Made by a program: the position numbers and the translations under genes. Under the pieces are notes generated by a model. That model worked only from the letters and a program-made list of their open reading frames with translations, ran no database searches and was not told the DNA's origin. Positions 61,608-64,000 of a DNA stretch of 64,000 nt are shown here, piece by piece; positions within the stretch are counted from its first letter, which is position 1, and each line of letters starts with the position of its first letter. Where the stretch lies: NCBI GenBank assembly GCA_002269645.1, contig NIVC01001873.1, positions 163,124 to 227,123 on the forward strand, read 5' to 3'. Origin of the DNA: Macrostomum lignano (Eukaryota).

Positions 61608-64000
61608 AAGCTACACAGCTGCGTGTTCAAATAAAAATTGAACCAATTGAATCAATTGATTGCGCAACCGATTTCTCAGTCAGTCAGTATCAGTCTCAGT
61701 TAAAGTTAACAAAAATTGCGCAATCTAAATCAACCCTCCAGTACACAGAGACCGACCTCTTTTCAATACGCAGTAGCAGTTAGAAATTGAACGCCGAACT
61801 GTTGGGGGCATTGAACCAAAAAATGAGTACAATCTTTGCATAAAGCTAAAAGTATGGAAATAGTTTTTTTGATGCTGCTCTTTTAGTCTTTACATTTATA
61901 GCAAACAATTTATATCCTCGAACTCAGCGTTGCAAGATCTTTTCAGCAGTATAAGTATCTTCTCTTAAAGTTTAGAACTCGAAGAGCAGTTAGCGTTTGA
62001 AAGTTCCCGTTTTAAGGCATTGAAATATCGCGTGTACGTTCACTGCCTTCCAAAGAGGCTCGCAAATTTATTCATTCATTACACAGGCTGGCTATTACAC
62101 AGGGCAGCCTATTGAAAGGCACAGATAATAAAACAAATTGATGGCGCAACCGATTTCACAGTCAGTCAGTATCAGTCTCAGTTAAAGTTAAGAAAAACAT
62201 TGCGCAATCTAAATCAACCCTCCAATACACAGCGCCCGACCGCCTTCCACTACGCAGTGGCAATTAGCAATTGAACCCCCCAAATTTATCTCTGACCTAT
62301 CGCAAAAATAAGTACAATCTTTGCAGCAAGTTAAAAGTAAAAGTAATAAAATCGTTTTTTGAATGCTGTGCTTTTAATTTTTACAGTTAAAGCAAACAAC
62401 TTATATCCCTGAACTCAGCGTTGCAAGATCTTTCCAGCAATATAAGTCTCTCCTCTCAAAGTTCAAAAATCGAGCAACAGTTAGCATTTGAAACTTTCTG
62501 ATTTAAAGCATTGAAATATCGAGTGTACGTTCACTGCCTGCTAGAGAGGCTCGCAAATTGATGCATTGAATTTCACTGTCCGCCAGTTAGCTAGGGTCCA
62601 AGTGTACACACGCGCCACTGAGAACGCTCCTATCCCCCACTGGAGAGAAAAACACTGCCAAGTTAGCAAAATTTTATGGCGCAATCACTTAAAATTCATG
62701 CAGATTTTCAGCTCCAAGCAGAAAGAGGGGACAATTAAGATTATCAAAGGTCAAGACCGCCGTTTTCTGCTTTTTTGAGGATCTTAGAAATTAAAATTTC
62801 AGAATTAAAATAGCCTATAGCCGACCTCGGATAATTTCCAATCTTCCATATAAGTTTCAACGCTGAGTTGGCACTATTCAAGGAGGAGTTGTCGAAATGA
62901 CAGACACACAGACAGACAGACAGACAGACAAACAACACGTCAACTTTAGTATATACGAGTGGAACTCCTCCTTCGGAGGAGAAAGGGGAAGAACTCCCAT
63001 CACCGGAATTCCATTCCCTGAAATCCATCAGCTGAAACTCCATGACTTGAATCCCATCTTCCAAATCATCTCCAAAACCTCTGTAAAGCCTTTTTGCTCT
63101 CCTCTTTGCCCTCTTATCTCTACAGTGTAGTCTCTTATCTTTTCTCTCTAATCTGCTTTTTCATCTCTAGTCTCTCATCTCTGCTCTCTCTTCTTTGCTA
63201 TCTTATATCTAGTCTCTCCTTTCTCTCCTCTCATCTCTACTCCCTTATGTATCTCTTCTCCCTCGTCTTTCGTCTGTACCTCTCTTGTCTCGTGTCTCCT
63301 CTCTTCTCTCTTATCTCTCTCTCTTCTCTCCTCTCTCATATGTCATCTCTACTCACTTATCTATCGTCTCTCTTTACCCTCTCTCTTCTTCTGCTCTCAT
63401 TTCTCATATCTCATATACGCTCTCACACTCTACTTTCTTGTCTCCCATCTTTCTTTCCTCCTTTCCACTATCCCCTGTCTCTTCTCTTTCTCTCTTTCTC
63501 CTCTCCTTTCTCCTTTCATCTTCTCCCCACTCTTCTCTAATCTCTAATCTCTTCTCTCTTATGTTCTCACGCATATCTTCTCATCGTAATCTCTCATCTC
63601 TCCTCTCCTCACTACTTTCCTCTCTTACTCTCTCATCTCTGATCTTTCATCTCTCTCCTCTCTCCTCTCTTTTCTCCTTTCGCTTCTCTCTCCTCCCTCT
63701 CCTCTCATCTCTACTACCTTATTTATTTCTTCTCCCTGGTTTTTCGTCTCTACTCTCTCCTGTCTCCTTTCTCCCCTCTTTTCTCCTCTCTTCTCTCTCC
63801 TGTCTTTCCCTCCTCTCTCATCCCTCATCCCCTATCTCACTCTTTCTTTCTCCTCTACTCTCCCTCTCTTGTATCCCTTTGCTATCTCATATCTCCCCTC
63901 TCATTCCTCTCTCTCTTCTCTTCTCTCTCCTTCGTTCCCGCCTTACTCCCCTCTTCTCTCCATCTGTCATGTCTATCTCTCCACTCATTTCTACTCTGTT
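24850..64000 (+). repeat. 15 strand-asymmetric CT-rich low-complexity blocks (0.2-1.3 kb), one per GTGG-type unit
   Basis: Blocks near 24.85, 27.5, 29.4, 31.8, 34.3, 37.05, 39.8, 42.5, 45.2, 47.3, 49.8, 52.7, 55.5, 60.4 and 63.1 kb. Complex but conserved between copies; source of all S/L/P/F-rich ORFs. Confidence 0.95.
34097..36880 (-). mobile_element. Representative 2784-bp array unit
   Basis: Order on the + strand: CGAG, hairpin, ~1 kb CT-rich block, 30-bp subrepeats, (TTAGGG)n, two to three ~450-500-bp core repeats, (GACA)n, ACTTTAGTATATA. Nearly identical to the next unit (36881-39666). Confidence 0.85.

Larger units (their letters stand above)
21819..64000 (-). mobile_element. Head-to-tail tandem array of a non-autonomous Helitron-like element (17 complete periods of 1.3-2.9 kb plus one partial)
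   Basis: On the minus strand each unit starts T(C)TATATACTAAAG or TCTTAATACTAAAG followed by a (GTCT)n microsatellite, and ends with a CTCCTCC-nnn-GGAGGAG hairpin, 5 nt and CTCG. Hairpins start (+ coordinates) at 21828, 24683, 26103, 27370, 29228, 31653, 34106, 36890, 39675, 42385, 44964, 47209, 49665, 52535, 55387, 58199, 60268 and 62965. The terminal unit ends CTCG|T against unique flank at 21819. No RepHel ORF is present. Confidence 0.8.

Noticed and set aside
27499-63828. Long Ser/Leu/Pro/Phe-rich ORFs (up to 332 aa) that look like membrane proteins
   Set aside because: C/T-dominated sequence rarely contains stop codons, several frames are open at once, and frames differ between near-identical copies.
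21819-64000. CRISPR-like repeat/spacer organisation
   Set aside because: Eukaryotic context, no unique spacers and no cas genes; the intervening sequences are homologous to each other.

Overview
Eukaryotic genomic DNA, most likely from an invertebrate animal with TTAGGG-type telomeric repeats. About 1-10 kb is a minus-strand gene cluster: one two-exon M6PR/ATG27-family sorting receptor gene and three tandem LITAF-family genes with intronless CDS, interspersed with minisatellites and two MITE-like elements. About 11-14 kb holds a diverged ~1 kb duplication with promoter-like and splice-like motifs. The first coding exon of an SRSF1-like splicing factor lies at 15357-15517 (+), and no second exon is visible anywhere in the remaining 48 kb. 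Downstream are a 5'-truncated Penelope-like retroelement (RT plus GIY-YIG) flanked by inverted arms that each carry a hammerhead ribozyme motif, a 156-bp palindrome and an orphan antisense exon-like ORF. From 21819 to the window end is a >42 kb head-to-tail array of a non-autonomous Helitron-like element on the minus strand. It shows 18 terminal hairpins, CTCG|TC junctions, a (GACA)n microsatellite, internal (TTAGGG)n tracts, 30-bp subrepeats and a large strand-asymmetric CT-rich block. Nearly all ORF-track entries beyond 22 kb appear to be repeat artefacts.
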